NCBI GenBank assembly: GCA_045617485.1
Contig: JAZLIR010000004.1
Location: forward strand, 13,475-77,474
DNA from: Bacteroidaceae bacterium
Lineage (GTDB): Bacteria > Bacteroidota > Bacteroidia > Bacteroidales > Bacteroidaceae
DNA length: 64,000 bases
Direction: 5' to 3'
Both the position numbers and the translations under genes were made by a program. The first letter of the stretch is position 1. Each line of letters starts with the position of its first letter. Below, one piece after another: positions 35,628 through 44,956 of the stretch. Under the pieces are notes generated by a model. That model saw only the letters and a program-made list of their open reading frames with translations, was not told the origin of the DNA and made no database searches.

Positions 35628-37225
35628 AAGCACTTAGAAAAATTCTATTAGGACTGTTCCTGCTCCTTGCAGGCATACTTATCGGCAGTCAGATAATGAT
35701 CCACATGGTCAGGAGGGCCAGCAGCACCATATTCACGACACAGATTGGCGGTGCCGCCAAAATGAACGCCCTCATCAGCGCCATGAGCACAAAATACGTT
35801 GACAGCGTTGACGTTGATTCCATCGTGGAACTTGCGCTGCCTACCATACTTGAGGAACTGGACCCGCATTCGGCATACTATCCCGCCCAGGAAACGCAGG
35901 ACAGCAACGACGAACTTCACGGCAGTTTTTCAGGCATAGGCATACAATTCTCCGTACAGGACGATACAGTGCGTGTGAACAGTGTCATACACGGCGGCCC
36001 TTCTGAAAAGGTGGGCATCATGTCAGGCGACAGAATAGTCACCATTGATGACTCGGTGTTTGCAGGCAAGGGCATTCCAAGCAACGAAATAGTAAAGCAC
36101 CTGAAAGGTCCGAAGGGAACTGCCGTCAAAGTGGGCGTAATGAGAGCCGGTGAGCCGAATCTGATTGATTTTCAGATTGTCCGCGGTGACATACCCGTAA
36201 AAAGTGTCGATGCCGCATATATGCTGGACAGCGAAATCGGCTACATAATGATAAACAAGTTCGGCGAGAACACTTACATTGAAATGCTCACCGGACTTGC
36301 ACAACTGAGCGCCAAAGGCATGAAGAAGCTGATTATCGACCTGCGCGGCAATCAGGGAGGATACCTTGGAGCCGCCATCCAGATGGCTAACGAATTTCTG
36401 CCCAAGAATGACCTTATCGTATATACGGAAGGAGTTCACAATCCGCGTTCTAAGCAGTTCGCCAACGGCTACGGACACTACCGTGACATACCTATGGCAG
36501 TTATGATTGACGAGTCATCGGCATCGGCCGCCGAGATATTCTCGGGCGCCATGCAGGACAACGACCGCGCCACGATTGTAGGCCGACGTTCTTTCGGCAA
36601 GGGTCTGGTACAGGAACCCATTGAATTTGCCGACGGTTCAAGCATACGCATTACCATTGCACGCTACTATACCCCATCGGGCCGGTGCATACAGAAGCCT
36701 TACGGTGATTCCGGCGAAGACTATGCCATGGACATAGTCAAGCGTTACGAGCACGGGGAATTCTTCTCGGCAGACAGTATAAAGCAGGATGAAACCGAGG
36801 CGTTCACTACCAAGGGCGGGCGCACCGTATATGGAGGCGGAGGTATAACTCCTGACATTTTCGTTCCGAGTGACACGACCGGCTTTTCACAGTACTATTC
36901 GACCGTAGTCCGCAAGAATCTGGTAAACCGTTTCTCATTCAAGCTGGTCGATGACAACCGTGCCGAACTGTCGGCCATAACGACCGTTGACGGCATTGTA
37001 GCATGGCTTGACCGCAGGAACGTACTTGAAGATTTCTACCGCTACGCACAGGACAACGGCGTAAAGCGCGATTACAGTCTTTCAGCCGCAGCCAGAAAGC
37101 AGATTCGCACCACGGTCTATTGCAATATCATTTACGATGCAATGGACATGCAGGAGTACATCGAGTACCTGAACCGTGACGACCAGGCTGTGATTGCGGC
37201 AATCGGGGCCCTGTCAAAGGAATAA
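35624..37225 (+). CDS. S41-family C-terminal processing peptidase (CtpA/Prc-like) with PDZ domain
   Basis: N-terminal TM anchor, PDZ (GGPSEKVGIMSGDRIVTID), S41 catalytic region (DLRGNQGGYL ... SASAAEIF). Confidence 0.88.
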   Translation: MKALRKILLGLFLLLAGILIGSQIMIHMVRRASSTIFTTQIGGAAKMNALISAMSTKYVDSVDVDSIVELALPTILEELDPHSAYYPAQETQDSNDELHGSFSGIGIQFSVQDDTVRVNSVIHGGPSEKVGIMSGDRIVTIDDSVFAGKGIPSNEIVKHLKGPKGTAVKVGVMRAGEPNLIDFQIVRGDIPVKSVDAAYMLDSEIGYIMINKFGENTYIEMLTGLAQLSAKGMKKLIIDLRGNQGGYLGAAIQMANEFLPKNDLIVYTEGVHNPRSKQFANGYGHYRDIPMAVMIDESSASAAEIFSGAMQDNDRATIVGRRSFGKGLVQEPIEFADGSSIRITIARYYTPSGRCIQKPYGDSGEDYAMDIVKRYEHGEFFSADSIKQDETEAFTTKGGRTVYGGGGITPDIFVPSDTTGFSQYYSTVVRKNLVNRFSFKLVDDNRAELSAITTVDGIVAWLDRRNVLEDFYRYAQDNGVKRDYSLSAAARKQIRTTVYCNIIYDAMDMQEYIEYLNRDDQAVIAAIGALSKE

Positions 37226-37228
37226 CGG

Positions 37229-37555
37229 TCAGCGGAGCACTATGCCCGTTATGACCTGGGCGCCAGCTTTCTCATTCAGGCGCGAAGTAATTTCGGTGCG
37301 GCGCATCATGAGTTCGTTCCTGACAATTGCAGAACTGACTTTCACGAAAAGTGTCTGATTGTAGATATTAAGTTCCATGGTGTACCTGGCCACGGACTCG
37401 CCAACAACCTGAGGCCAGGCGTTAATTAAGCGGTGTTCATTAAGCGGGGTTTCCAGACCTGTCGCCCTAAGATATGCGTTTATTGCATTTCCAATGCTCT
37501 CAGTGTTGGTCTTTTTCATAGCACGGTACCATTTTCCACAGTGAACGTTCTGCAT
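37229..37555 (-). CDS. DUF721 protein (conserved downstream partner of recF in Bacteroidota)
   Basis: 108 aa, position directly after recF. Confidence 0.65.
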   Translation of the reverse strand: MQNVHCGKWYRAMKKTNTESIGNAINAYLRATGLETPLNEHRLINAWPQVVGESVARYTMELNIYNQTLFVKVSSAIVRNELMMRRTEITSRLNEKAGAQVITGIVLR

Positions 37556-38610
37556 TCAATGCCTTTTGAGCCCAGAATGCCGTCTATGTGGTTGCGGTCA
37601 ACATCGGTAATGAACACCTGTCCGAACCGGCTCCGGTCCGATACCAGTTCCAGAATGTTCTCCACTCTTCTGGAATCCAGGCGGTCAAAGATGTCGTCAA
37701 GCAGAAGGATGGGCTTCTTGCCGCACACATCGGCCAGCAGGACATACTGGGCAAGTGAAAGAGCCGTAAGATAAGTCTTGTTCTGGCCTTGCGAGCCTTC
37801 ACGCTTTACCGGGTAGCCGCCCAGCTGCATTTCAAGCTCATCCTTGTGGATTCCGCAAAGCGAATACCCTACCGCACGGTCACGCACACGGCTTGCCGAC
37901 AGTTGGTCGAGCAAATTACCACGCTGTCCGTGTGAAATGTATGACAGGCTGACAGATTCATCCCTGCCCGCTATTGCAGGATAAATGCCGTTGAATGCCG
38001 GAGTTATCCTCTCAATAAGTTCACGCCGCCGCTCATAGATTGTCTGACCGTTACCGGCCATTACCTGCTCCCACATGAGCAGCATCTCAGGGTCCGGCGT
38101 CTGCTCCATTTTCAGCAGGGCATTGCGCTGTTGGAGTGCCTTGCCGTATGCTATGAGCTTATGCAGGTAGTCTCTGTCATACTGCGAAATCACCACATCC
38201 ATAAAACGGCGGCGTCCCTCACTGCCCCCCAGAATAAGTTCAGTGTCAAGCGGAGTCATCATAACCAGCGGAATGCAACCGATATGGTCCGAAAAGCGCT
38301 GGTATTCCTTACGGTCTCTTGTCATCTGTTTCCGGCCCTTAACTCTTGACATGCAGCCTATCACGGTCCTGTTCCCGTCGGGCATGACGTAGGTTCCCGA
38401 CAGCTGGAAGCAATCGGCACCATGTCTGACTGTCATTGAGTCAGACTGAGCAAGGGAACTTTTGCAGAAAGATAGACTGTAAATGGCATCGAGAAGGTTG
38501 GTCTTGCCCATTCCATTCTGCCCCACAAAGCAGTTCAGGCCCGATGAAAAATCCAAATCGGCCTGTATTATGTTCCGGTAGTCCTGTACGAAAAGATGTT
38601 CAAGCTGCAT
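37516..38610 (-). CDS. recF: DNA replication and repair protein RecF (start moved to MQLEHLFVQDYRN)
   Basis: Walker A GQNGMGKTNLLDAIY; ABC signature; Walker B LLLDDIFDRLD. Confidence 0.9.
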   Translation of the reverse strand: MQLEHLFVQDYRNIIQADLDFSSGLNCFVGQNGMGKTNLLDAIYSLSFCKSSLAQSDSMTVRHGADCFQLSGTYVMPDGNRTVIGCMSRVKGRKQMTRDRKEYQRFSDHIGCIPLVMMTPLDTELILGGSEGRRRFMDVVISQYDRDYLHKLIAYGKALQQRNALLKMEQTPDPEMLLMWEQVMAGNGQTIYERRRELIERITPAFNGIYPAIAGRDESVSLSYISHGQRGNLLDQLSASRVRDRAVGYSLCGIHKDELEMQLGGYPVKREGSQGQNKTYLTALSLAQYVLLADVCGKKPILLLDDIFDRLDSRRVENILELVSDRSRFGQVFITDVDRNHIDGILGSKGIECRTFTVENGTVL

Positions 38611-38699
38611 AGATGAATGCGAAATTAGTCTTTTTACGGCCAAATTCTTTAATATAATGGAAAAATGTGTATTTTTGCACTCGCTAAAAAACAAGACAA

Positions 38700-39386
38700 A
38701 TGGCAAAGAAAACAGCAAAACCTGCAGCTCAGCAGCAGAATGGCCTCGAAGAGACAGTAAACCGTTGGGAACAGTTCGTCGAGAACAACAAGAAAATCAT
38801 ATTTTCAGTAATGGCAGCCATCATCATCGTCATTGCCGGCGGTATGATACTTAACACTTTTGTTTTCGTTCCAAGGCAGAACAGGGCAGCCGAAGCCCTC
38901 TTCCCGGGTGAGACCTACTTTGTCAATGGAGATTACCGCACCGCTTTGGAAGGCGACGGTCTCTTATACGAAGGTCTTGAAGCCGTAGCAAAGCAATATA
39001 AGGGCACAAAGGCTGCCAAGATTGCCAACCTGTATGCCGGTATCTGCTATGCTCAGCTTGACAGCACTGAAATGGCAATAAAGTTGCTTTCGAAGATCAA
39101 GGGTTCTTCTGACCGTATGGCCATTCCCGCAGCAATGAGCACTCTGGCCGGCTGCTATGCAAGCCAGGGCAACAATGCAAAGGCCGCCAGCACATTCATG
39201 GCCGCCGCCAAGAAGGCTGACAACGCTCTTGTATCGCCATACTGCTATTTCCAGGCAGCCTTGAATTACGAGGCAATGGGCAAGGAAGACCAGGCTCTCA
39301 AGATATACAAGATGATTCAGGTCAAGTATCCGCAATCACAGGAGGGCCTTGAAGCTGAAAAATACATATCCCGCATAGCCAAGTAA
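38700..39386 (+). CDS. tetratricopeptide-repeat membrane-anchored protein (YfgM-like)
   Basis: N-terminal TM helix then TPR-like Ala/Tyr-rich repeats. Confidence 0.7.
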   Translation: MAKKTAKPAAQQQNGLEETVNRWEQFVENNKKIIFSVMAAIIIVIAGGMILNTFVFVPRQNRAAEALFPGETYFVNGDYRTALEGDGLLYEGLEAVAKQYKGTKAAKIANLYAGICYAQLDSTEMAIKLLSKIKGSSDRMAIPAAMSTLAGCYASQGNNAKAASTFMAAAKKADNALVSPYCYFQAALNYEAMGKEDQALKIYKMIQVKYPQSQEGLEAEKYISRIAK

Positions 39387-39404
39387 GCAGGCAGGATACT
39401 CCGG

Positions 39405-39487
39405 GGGTGAATTCCAGAGTGGCCAAATGGGGCAGACTGTAAATCTGCTGTCTCTCGACTTCGGTGGTTCGAATCCATCTTCACCCA
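39405..39487 (+). tRNA. tRNA-Tyr (anticodon GTA) with long variable arm
   Basis: GGGTGAA-TT-CCAG...GCAGA-CTGTAAA-TCTGC-long V arm-GGTGG-TTCGAAT-CCATC-TTCACCC-A; near-identical architecture to E. coli tRNA-Tyr. Confidence 0.9.
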
Positions 39488-39520
39488 CAAAAAAGCGCTT
39501 TTGAAAGCGCTTTTTTGTTT
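39488..39520 (+). terminator. terminator AAAAAGCGCTTT-TGA-AAGCGCTTTTTTG directly after tRNA-Tyr
   Basis: Perfect stem plus T-run. Confidence 0.6.
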
Positions 39521-39613
39521 TAAGTAAGCGATTCCCTGATAAAAGTACCTGCATTTCGTTCCCGTGAACTATATTTGCATTCGGTTGCAATTTCAAATCC
39601 ACGAAGCCACCAG

Positions 39614-42358
39614 ATGATGAAACGATTACTCCTGCCGCTGGCACTGCTGTTTTGCCTCTGTACCGTCATGAAAGCACAGGACTGGTATTCCAGCCCTCAG
39701 AGCGAGGCCAGCATGAAGCTTTACCTGAAGCAGTATTTCAGTTGCAACGGCAGGGTGTTCGGCGTTGACGAGTTCAGTCCGGAAGCGTATCCGCTGCAGG
39801 GGGCCAATATTGTGATAAAATGCATGGGCGACACCACACTGACCGATGGATCATCGGCCTGGACCGACGGTTCGTTCTGGACGGGGATAAGTTCCAAGAA
39901 CCGTCTGAAGGACACGCGTCTCCACATTAGAATCACCTACCTTGGAATGGAGACGTTTGACACCATAATTCAGGCTGACAAAAGGAAGGAGGACGGAATT
40001 GACATGTACAACGTTGTGCTGGACTCAATATGTCTGCACAGCGAGCCGCTCACTCTGGCCGAGGCCGAGGTTGTGGCCGAGCTCCAGCGTATGTACCAGC
40101 ATGGCGACACCATAATCTTCAATGCCGGGGCGTATGAGATGCCTACCGGAAGCGTACTGCTGGATCTTGTACGCCGCCTGCCGGGTCTGAAATATGAGGA
40201 CGGGGCTCTTACCTATCTTGGCGAGAGCATTCAGGAGATACGTCTGAACGGCGAGCATTTCTTTGAGCGTGACATGTCCATTGCCCTGAACAACATGCCA
40301 TCGGACAAGCTGAAGAGTCTCAAGGTGTATGAGGTGCCCGATGACACGCTTGACGTACACAGCGACAATCACTACATAATGGACATGGAGACCAAGGAAC
40401 CCATGAACAAGACCATTTTTGCCAATGTAGGTGCTGGCACCAACGAGAAGTTTGACAAGCTGAGGACCGATGCCGGCCTGTCGGCCTGGGTTTCGGGCAA
40501 GGGTGATGTAGGTGCAAGCTGGAGTTCGTCAAACATACCGCAGGGCGGCTACTCGCTGGAATCGGACAACAAATACGGCAGCCTGTACTACGACCACGAG
40601 TTCGGCAAGACCAACGTAAGCGTATGGGGCAACTACAACTCAAATTTCAGCAGGGACAGGAATGAAGGTCTGAGTGTCACATACATGCCGGACTACACAC
40701 AGACCGGAGTCAATGAAAATGAGAGTTCTTACGGCGGTGACTCATGGGGAGGCAATATGAGTGTAAGCCGGCGCATGGGAGATTACGGATACCTGTCGGC
40801 ATCGGGCGGAATGAACCGTTCCAGTTCCCACAACGAGAGTCAGAACCGGGATTCTCTGAACAACGAGGGCCAGGGACCCATAAGCACTACCAGTCAGAGC
40901 TATGTTTCTGACGGCAGCAACCGGAGCTACAACTTCAACATCAATTTCAATACCGGTTTCAGTGAAGACTCCGAGTATTCTCTTAGCGCCAGCACAGGTA
41001 TCAGCACCAACAGTTCGGACAACATAAGCGAGAACAGTTCATACAGCCGTTTCTATCAGAAGAAGATGAGCGGAAATCCTGAAGAGGACAGCACCCGTAC
41101 CATAAGACATCTCATTTACTCGCCCTCGTCGGGAAAGAATCTGAATTCACATATTTCCATTGACCGCAGTTTTGGTAAGGACGGCAACGGATGGCTTGGG
41201 CTTGGCTACAGCGTATCATATTCGGAGAATGAAAGCGAGCGCAGGTATGACGACATTCTGGACGGCTGTCTGCAGAGTGTGGACAGTCTGCATCATACAC
41301 AGAACAATTCGAATTTCAACCAGAGTGTAAATCTCAATTTCACAATTTCCGATTCACTGTACAGATTCAACATGTACGGTACTGCCACGCCTGTTTCACA
41401 GAAGTACAGCAGCACCATAGGCGGAAGGCCCGAAGAGCTTGAGCAGAAGGGCGTGACATACAACGCATCGGCCAACTTCCAGATAAACGTGTTCAAGCAG
41501 AGCAGGTTCTCGCTCAGGTATTCCTGCAACAACAGTCTGCCCGACATTACTTCACGTTCAAGCGTGACCGACTACAGTGACCCCATGAACATAAGCGAGG
41601 GTAACGGGAATCTGAAGGGTTCCTTCAGTCATAACGTCAGTCTGGAATACATACTCAAGTCACTGATAAGCGCACAGATATCATACGGCAACACGCGCAA
41701 CTCCATTTCCTCGCTCACCATGATTGACCGTGAGACGGGTGCCAGACGTACCAGGCCGGAGAACATTAACGGCAACTGGAACCATTCGGAAAGGCTGTTC
41801 TTCTCATATCCGTTCGACGACCTGTCGCTTACGCTGAATCTGAATCACTCGCTCAGGCACAATGTTTCGTACGTTCAGAGTTTCACCGACTCCAAGCCTT
41901 CGACCAGTGCCAGCGACTACCGCAGCATGGGCGCCACAATCGATGCCGGTTACAGCAACAGCAACTGGATGCTCACAGCATCGGCCGGTTATTCAAGGGA
42001 ACGCAACAAGAGCGATTACATTGAGAAGGCTAACGGAGGACAGAGGCTGAACTGCAATACCAGAGTGGAATATACCAGTGACTTCGGTCTGGGTGCCTCG
42101 ACCGATTTCCGTCTTGACAAGCCTTTCGGGTACGAACTGAATTCGGCCAACGATGCCGAATACATGTGGAACCTGAATCTGAACTACAAGTTCCTGAAGA
42201 GCAAACAGGCTGTTGTAAGTCTGGAATGGCACGACATTCTGAATGACTATGACGGCTTTGACTCGTACGTTTCTTCAACCGGATGGTCGGAAAACCGCAC
42301 CTTTGGCTACACTTCGATGGTTATCCTTTCGTTCAGCTACCGTTTCAACTCTTTCTAA
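39614..42358 (+). CDS. large outer-membrane beta-barrel protein (TonB-dependent-receptor-like family with carboxypeptidase-regulatory-like N-domain), putative
   Basis: Signal peptide MMKRLLLPLALLFCL, Ser/Asn/Tyr-rich barrel strands, C-terminal ...SFSYRFNSF. Confidence 0.55.
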   Translation: MMKRLLLPLALLFCLCTVMKAQDWYSSPQSEASMKLYLKQYFSCNGRVFGVDEFSPEAYPLQGANIVIKCMGDTTLTDGSSAWTDGSFWTGISSKNRLKDTRLHIRITYLGMETFDTIIQADKRKEDGIDMYNVVLDSICLHSEPLTLAEAEVVAELQRMYQHGDTIIFNAGAYEMPTGSVLLDLVRRLPGLKYEDGALTYLGESIQEIRLNGEHFFERDMSIALNNMPSDKLKSLKVYEVPDDTLDVHSDNHYIMDMETKEPMNKTIFANVGAGTNEKFDKLRTDAGLSAWVSGKGDVGASWSSSNIPQGGYSLESDNKYGSLYYDHEFGKTNVSVWGNYNSNFSRDRNEGLSVTYMPDYTQTGVNENESSYGGDSWGGNMSVSRRMGDYGYLSASGGMNRSSSHNESQNRDSLNNEGQGPISTTSQSYVSDGSNRSYNFNINFNTGFSEDSEYSLSASTGISTNSSDNISENSSYSRFYQKKMSGNPEEDSTRTIRHLIYSPSSGKNLNSHISIDRSFGKDGNGWLGLGYSVSYSENESERRYDDILDGCLQSVDSLHHTQNNSNFNQSVNLNFTISDSLYRFNMYGTATPVSQKYSSTIGGRPEELEQKGVTYNASANFQINVFKQSRFSLRYSCNNSLPDITSRSSVTDYSDPMNISEGNGNLKGSFSHNVSLEYILKSLISAQISYGNTRNSISSLTMIDRETGARRTRPENINGNWNHSERLFFSYPFDDLSLTLNLNHSLRHNVSYVQSFTDSKPSTSASDYRSMGATIDAGYSNSNWMLTASAGYSRERNKSDYIEKANGGQRLNCNTRVEYTSDFGLGASTDFRLDKPFGYELNSANDAEYMWNLNLNYKFLKSKQAVVSLEWHDILNDYDGFDSYVSSTGWSENRTFGYTSMVILSFSYRFNSF

Positions 42359-42370
42359 AAGGCTATTTAT

Positions 42371-43156
42371 ATGAAAGTGGCATTGGTACAGAGTTCACCC
42401 GTACACGGTGATATGGAAGCCGGTCTGGCGGAGCTTGACCTGCTTATTGGCAGTGGCAACGGGGCCGATGTATATGTTCTGCCCGAGATGTTCGCATCGG
42501 GCCAGTGTACCGATCCGTGCGGCACCATGCAGTCCATGGACGGCACGGTGCTTACGTGGATGAAGGACAAGGCACGCGCGCTTGATGCCGCCGTAGCCGG
42601 CAGCGTAGCCATAGCTGAGGACGGCCGCCACGTGAACCGCCTGTGCTTTGCAATGCCTGACGGCCGCGTGGTGACGTATGACAAGCGTCACCTGTTCTCA
42701 TATTCGGGCGAGAACCATCATTTCAGTGCGGGCGGCGGGCGTGTGGTTGCCGAGTTCCGCGGCGTGAGGTTTCTGCTGCAGATTTGCTACGACCTGAGGT
42801 TTCCGGTGTTCAGCCGCTGCCGCAGTGACTATGATGCCATTATCTATGTTGCGGCATGGCCTGACAGCCGCAGTTATGCCTGGGACACACTTCTAAGGGC
42901 ACGTGCAATTGAGAATCAGGCATACGTTATTGGTGTGAACATGACCGGGCAGGACCGGTACGGCTCCTATAAGGGGCACAGCGCACTGATAGGCCCGTAC
43001 GGCGACACTCTTGCGGCCTGCCCTGACAACACGGCATCGGTATGCGCGGGTGTCATGGATATGGACATACTTGTACATTTCCGCACAAAGTTCCCGGCAC
43101 TTGCCGATGCCGACCAGTGGGAATTGCTACCGGATAACGGTTCAGAAAAGCTTTGA
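42371..43156 (+). CDS. carbon-nitrogen hydrolase family amidohydrolase (YafV-like omega-amidase)
   Basis: Catalytic triad context E (LPEMF), K, C (ICYDLRFP). Confidence 0.85.
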   Translation: MKVALVQSSPVHGDMEAGLAELDLLIGSGNGADVYVLPEMFASGQCTDPCGTMQSMDGTVLTWMKDKARALDAAVAGSVAIAEDGRHVNRLCFAMPDGRVVTYDKRHLFSYSGENHHFSAGGGRVVAEFRGVRFLLQICYDLRFPVFSRCRSDYDAIIYVAAWPDSRSYAWDTLLRARAIENQAYVIGVNMTGQDRYGSYKGHSALIGPYGDTLAACPDNTASVCAGVMDMDILVHFRTKFPALADADQWELLPDNGSEKL

Positions 43157-44956
43157 GATAAGGTCGGCGCGTCCCATACGGCGCAGTTCGGCCATAATCC
43201 GGTGACGCAGTGACGGGTCATACCAGAAAAAGAACATTCGCTGGGCCTGCTTGTCGCGGTCGGTACGCGGCACATAGACTGGCTGCATGGTATAGGGATT
43301 GATGCCGGTGTAGAAGATTTCCGTACTGAGTGTCATAGGTGTGGGAGTGAAGTCCTGCACCTGTTCCAGATGAAAATTCAACTTCTTGGTAATGACGGCA
43401 AGCAGAGCCATGTCCTGCGGCGTGCATCCGGGATGGCTGCTTATGAAATACGGTATGAGCTGCTGACGCAGGCCGGCCTCGGCGTTCACCTTGTCAAAGG
43501 TCTTCTTGAACTGCTCGAACTGCTCGAAGCCGGGTTTTCTCATAAGGTCAAGTACCGATGACTGGGTATGTTCCGGCGCCACTTTAAGGCGGCCGCTCAC
43601 ATGGTTCACAATAAGCTGGCGCGCATACTGCAAATGTGACCTGTCAGCCTTGGGGTCCGGGTCACGGTACTGGAGTATGTCATAGCGTATGCCGCTGCCT
43701 ATAGAGACTTTCCTTACGCCCTGCACATGGCTTGCGGCCTGGTACAGGTCAGTCAGAGCGCTGAGGTCGGTGTTGAGATTGGGGCATACTTTAGGATGCA
43801 GACAGGTGGCGCGGCGGCATTTTTCACACAGCGATCTGTCGCGGCCTCCAAGTCCGTACATGTTGGCCGACGGTCCGCCAAGGTCCGATATCTGTCCGTG
43901 GAAATCGGGCATCATGGTGACAGCACGCACTTCCCTGAGTATGCTGCCCTTGCTGCGGCTCACAATCTGCTTGCCCTGATGGGCCGATATGGTGCAGAAC
44001 GAGCAGCCCCCGAAGCAGCCGCGGTGTATGGTCACCGAATGGCGTATCATCTCGTATGCCGGTATGCGCTTGCCACGGTAGCGGGGATGTGGCTGACGTG
44101 TGTATGGAAGGTCATATACGGCATCGAGCTCCTGTGTGGTCATGGGTCTGTAAGGCGGGTTTATAACCACGAAGCGGCTGCCCAGCGGCTGTATAATGCG
44201 ATGTGCCGCTATCACGTTGGACTCCTCCTCTATGACCTTGAAGTTCATGGCCTGGACGCGTCTGTCCTGCAGGCACTGTTCGTGCGGGGCAAGCACCCTG
44301 TCGGTGTCCTGAATGCCTCCTGGCACTTCCCTGCAGATGAATCCCGTCTGAGGCTGCGTAAGAATGTCCGGGCATCGGTCTTCGTCAATGGCACGGGCCA
44401 GTTCGACTATGGGTTTCTCGCCCATCCCGTATATGAGATAATCGGCTTCGCTCAGTTCTAGTATGCTTGGCAGCAGCTTGTCCTGCCAGTAGTCATAGTG
44501 CGTAAGTCGGCGCATGCTGGCTTCTATGCCTCCAAGCACAACCGGGACATCGGGAAAGAGTTTCTTGAGCGCTTTTGCATAGACGACCGATGCGTACTCG
44601 GGCCGTCCGGTGTGGCGGCCGTCGGGTGTGTAGGCGTCTTCGGAGCGAAGACGGCGGGCGGCGGTATATCGGTTCACCATGGAGTCCATGCAGCCTGCGG
44701 TAACGCCGAAGAAAAGACGCGGACGCCCCAGTTTGCGGAAGTCGCGCAGGTCGTCCTGCCAGTTGGGCTGCGGGACTATGGCAACGCGGTAGCCCTGCGC
44801 CTCAAGCACACGGCCTATTACAGCAGTGCCGAACGACGGATGATCCACATACGCATCTCCGCTGAACAGGATTACATCCAGTTCATCCCAGCCAAGCTGT
44901 TCACACTCCTTCTTTGTAGTAGGAAGCCACTCTGCCATACTTTCCCGATTGTTCAA
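43142..44956 (-). CDS. YgiQ-family radical SAM protein (UPF0313)
   Basis: CFGGCSFC radical-SAM cluster motif; 604 aa; YgiQ N- and C-terminal extensions. Confidence 0.88.
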   Translation of the reverse strand: MNNRESMAEWLPTTKKECEQLGWDELDVILFSGDAYVDHPSFGTAVIGRVLEAQGYRVAIVPQPNWQDDLRDFRKLGRPRLFFGVTAGCMDSMVNRYTAARRLRSEDAYTPDGRHTGRPEYASVVYAKALKKLFPDVPVVLGGIEASMRRLTHYDYWQDKLLPSILELSEADYLIYGMGEKPIVELARAIDEDRCPDILTQPQTGFICREVPGGIQDTDRVLAPHEQCLQDRRVQAMNFKVIEEESNVIAAHRIIQPLGSRFVVINPPYRPMTTQELDAVYDLPYTRQPHPRYRGKRIPAYEMIRHSVTIHRGCFGGCSFCTISAHQGKQIVSRSKGSILREVRAVTMMPDFHGQISDLGGPSANMYGLGGRDRSLCEKCRRATCLHPKVCPNLNTDLSALTDLYQAASHVQGVRKVSIGSGIRYDILQYRDPDPKADRSHLQYARQLIVNHVSGRLKVAPEHTQSSVLDLMRKPGFEQFEQFKKTFDKVNAEAGLRQQLIPYFISSHPGCTPQDMALLAVITKKLNFHLEQVQDFTPTPMTLSTEIFYTGINPYTMQPVYVPRTDRDKQAQRMFFFWYDPSLRHRIMAELRRMGRADLISKLF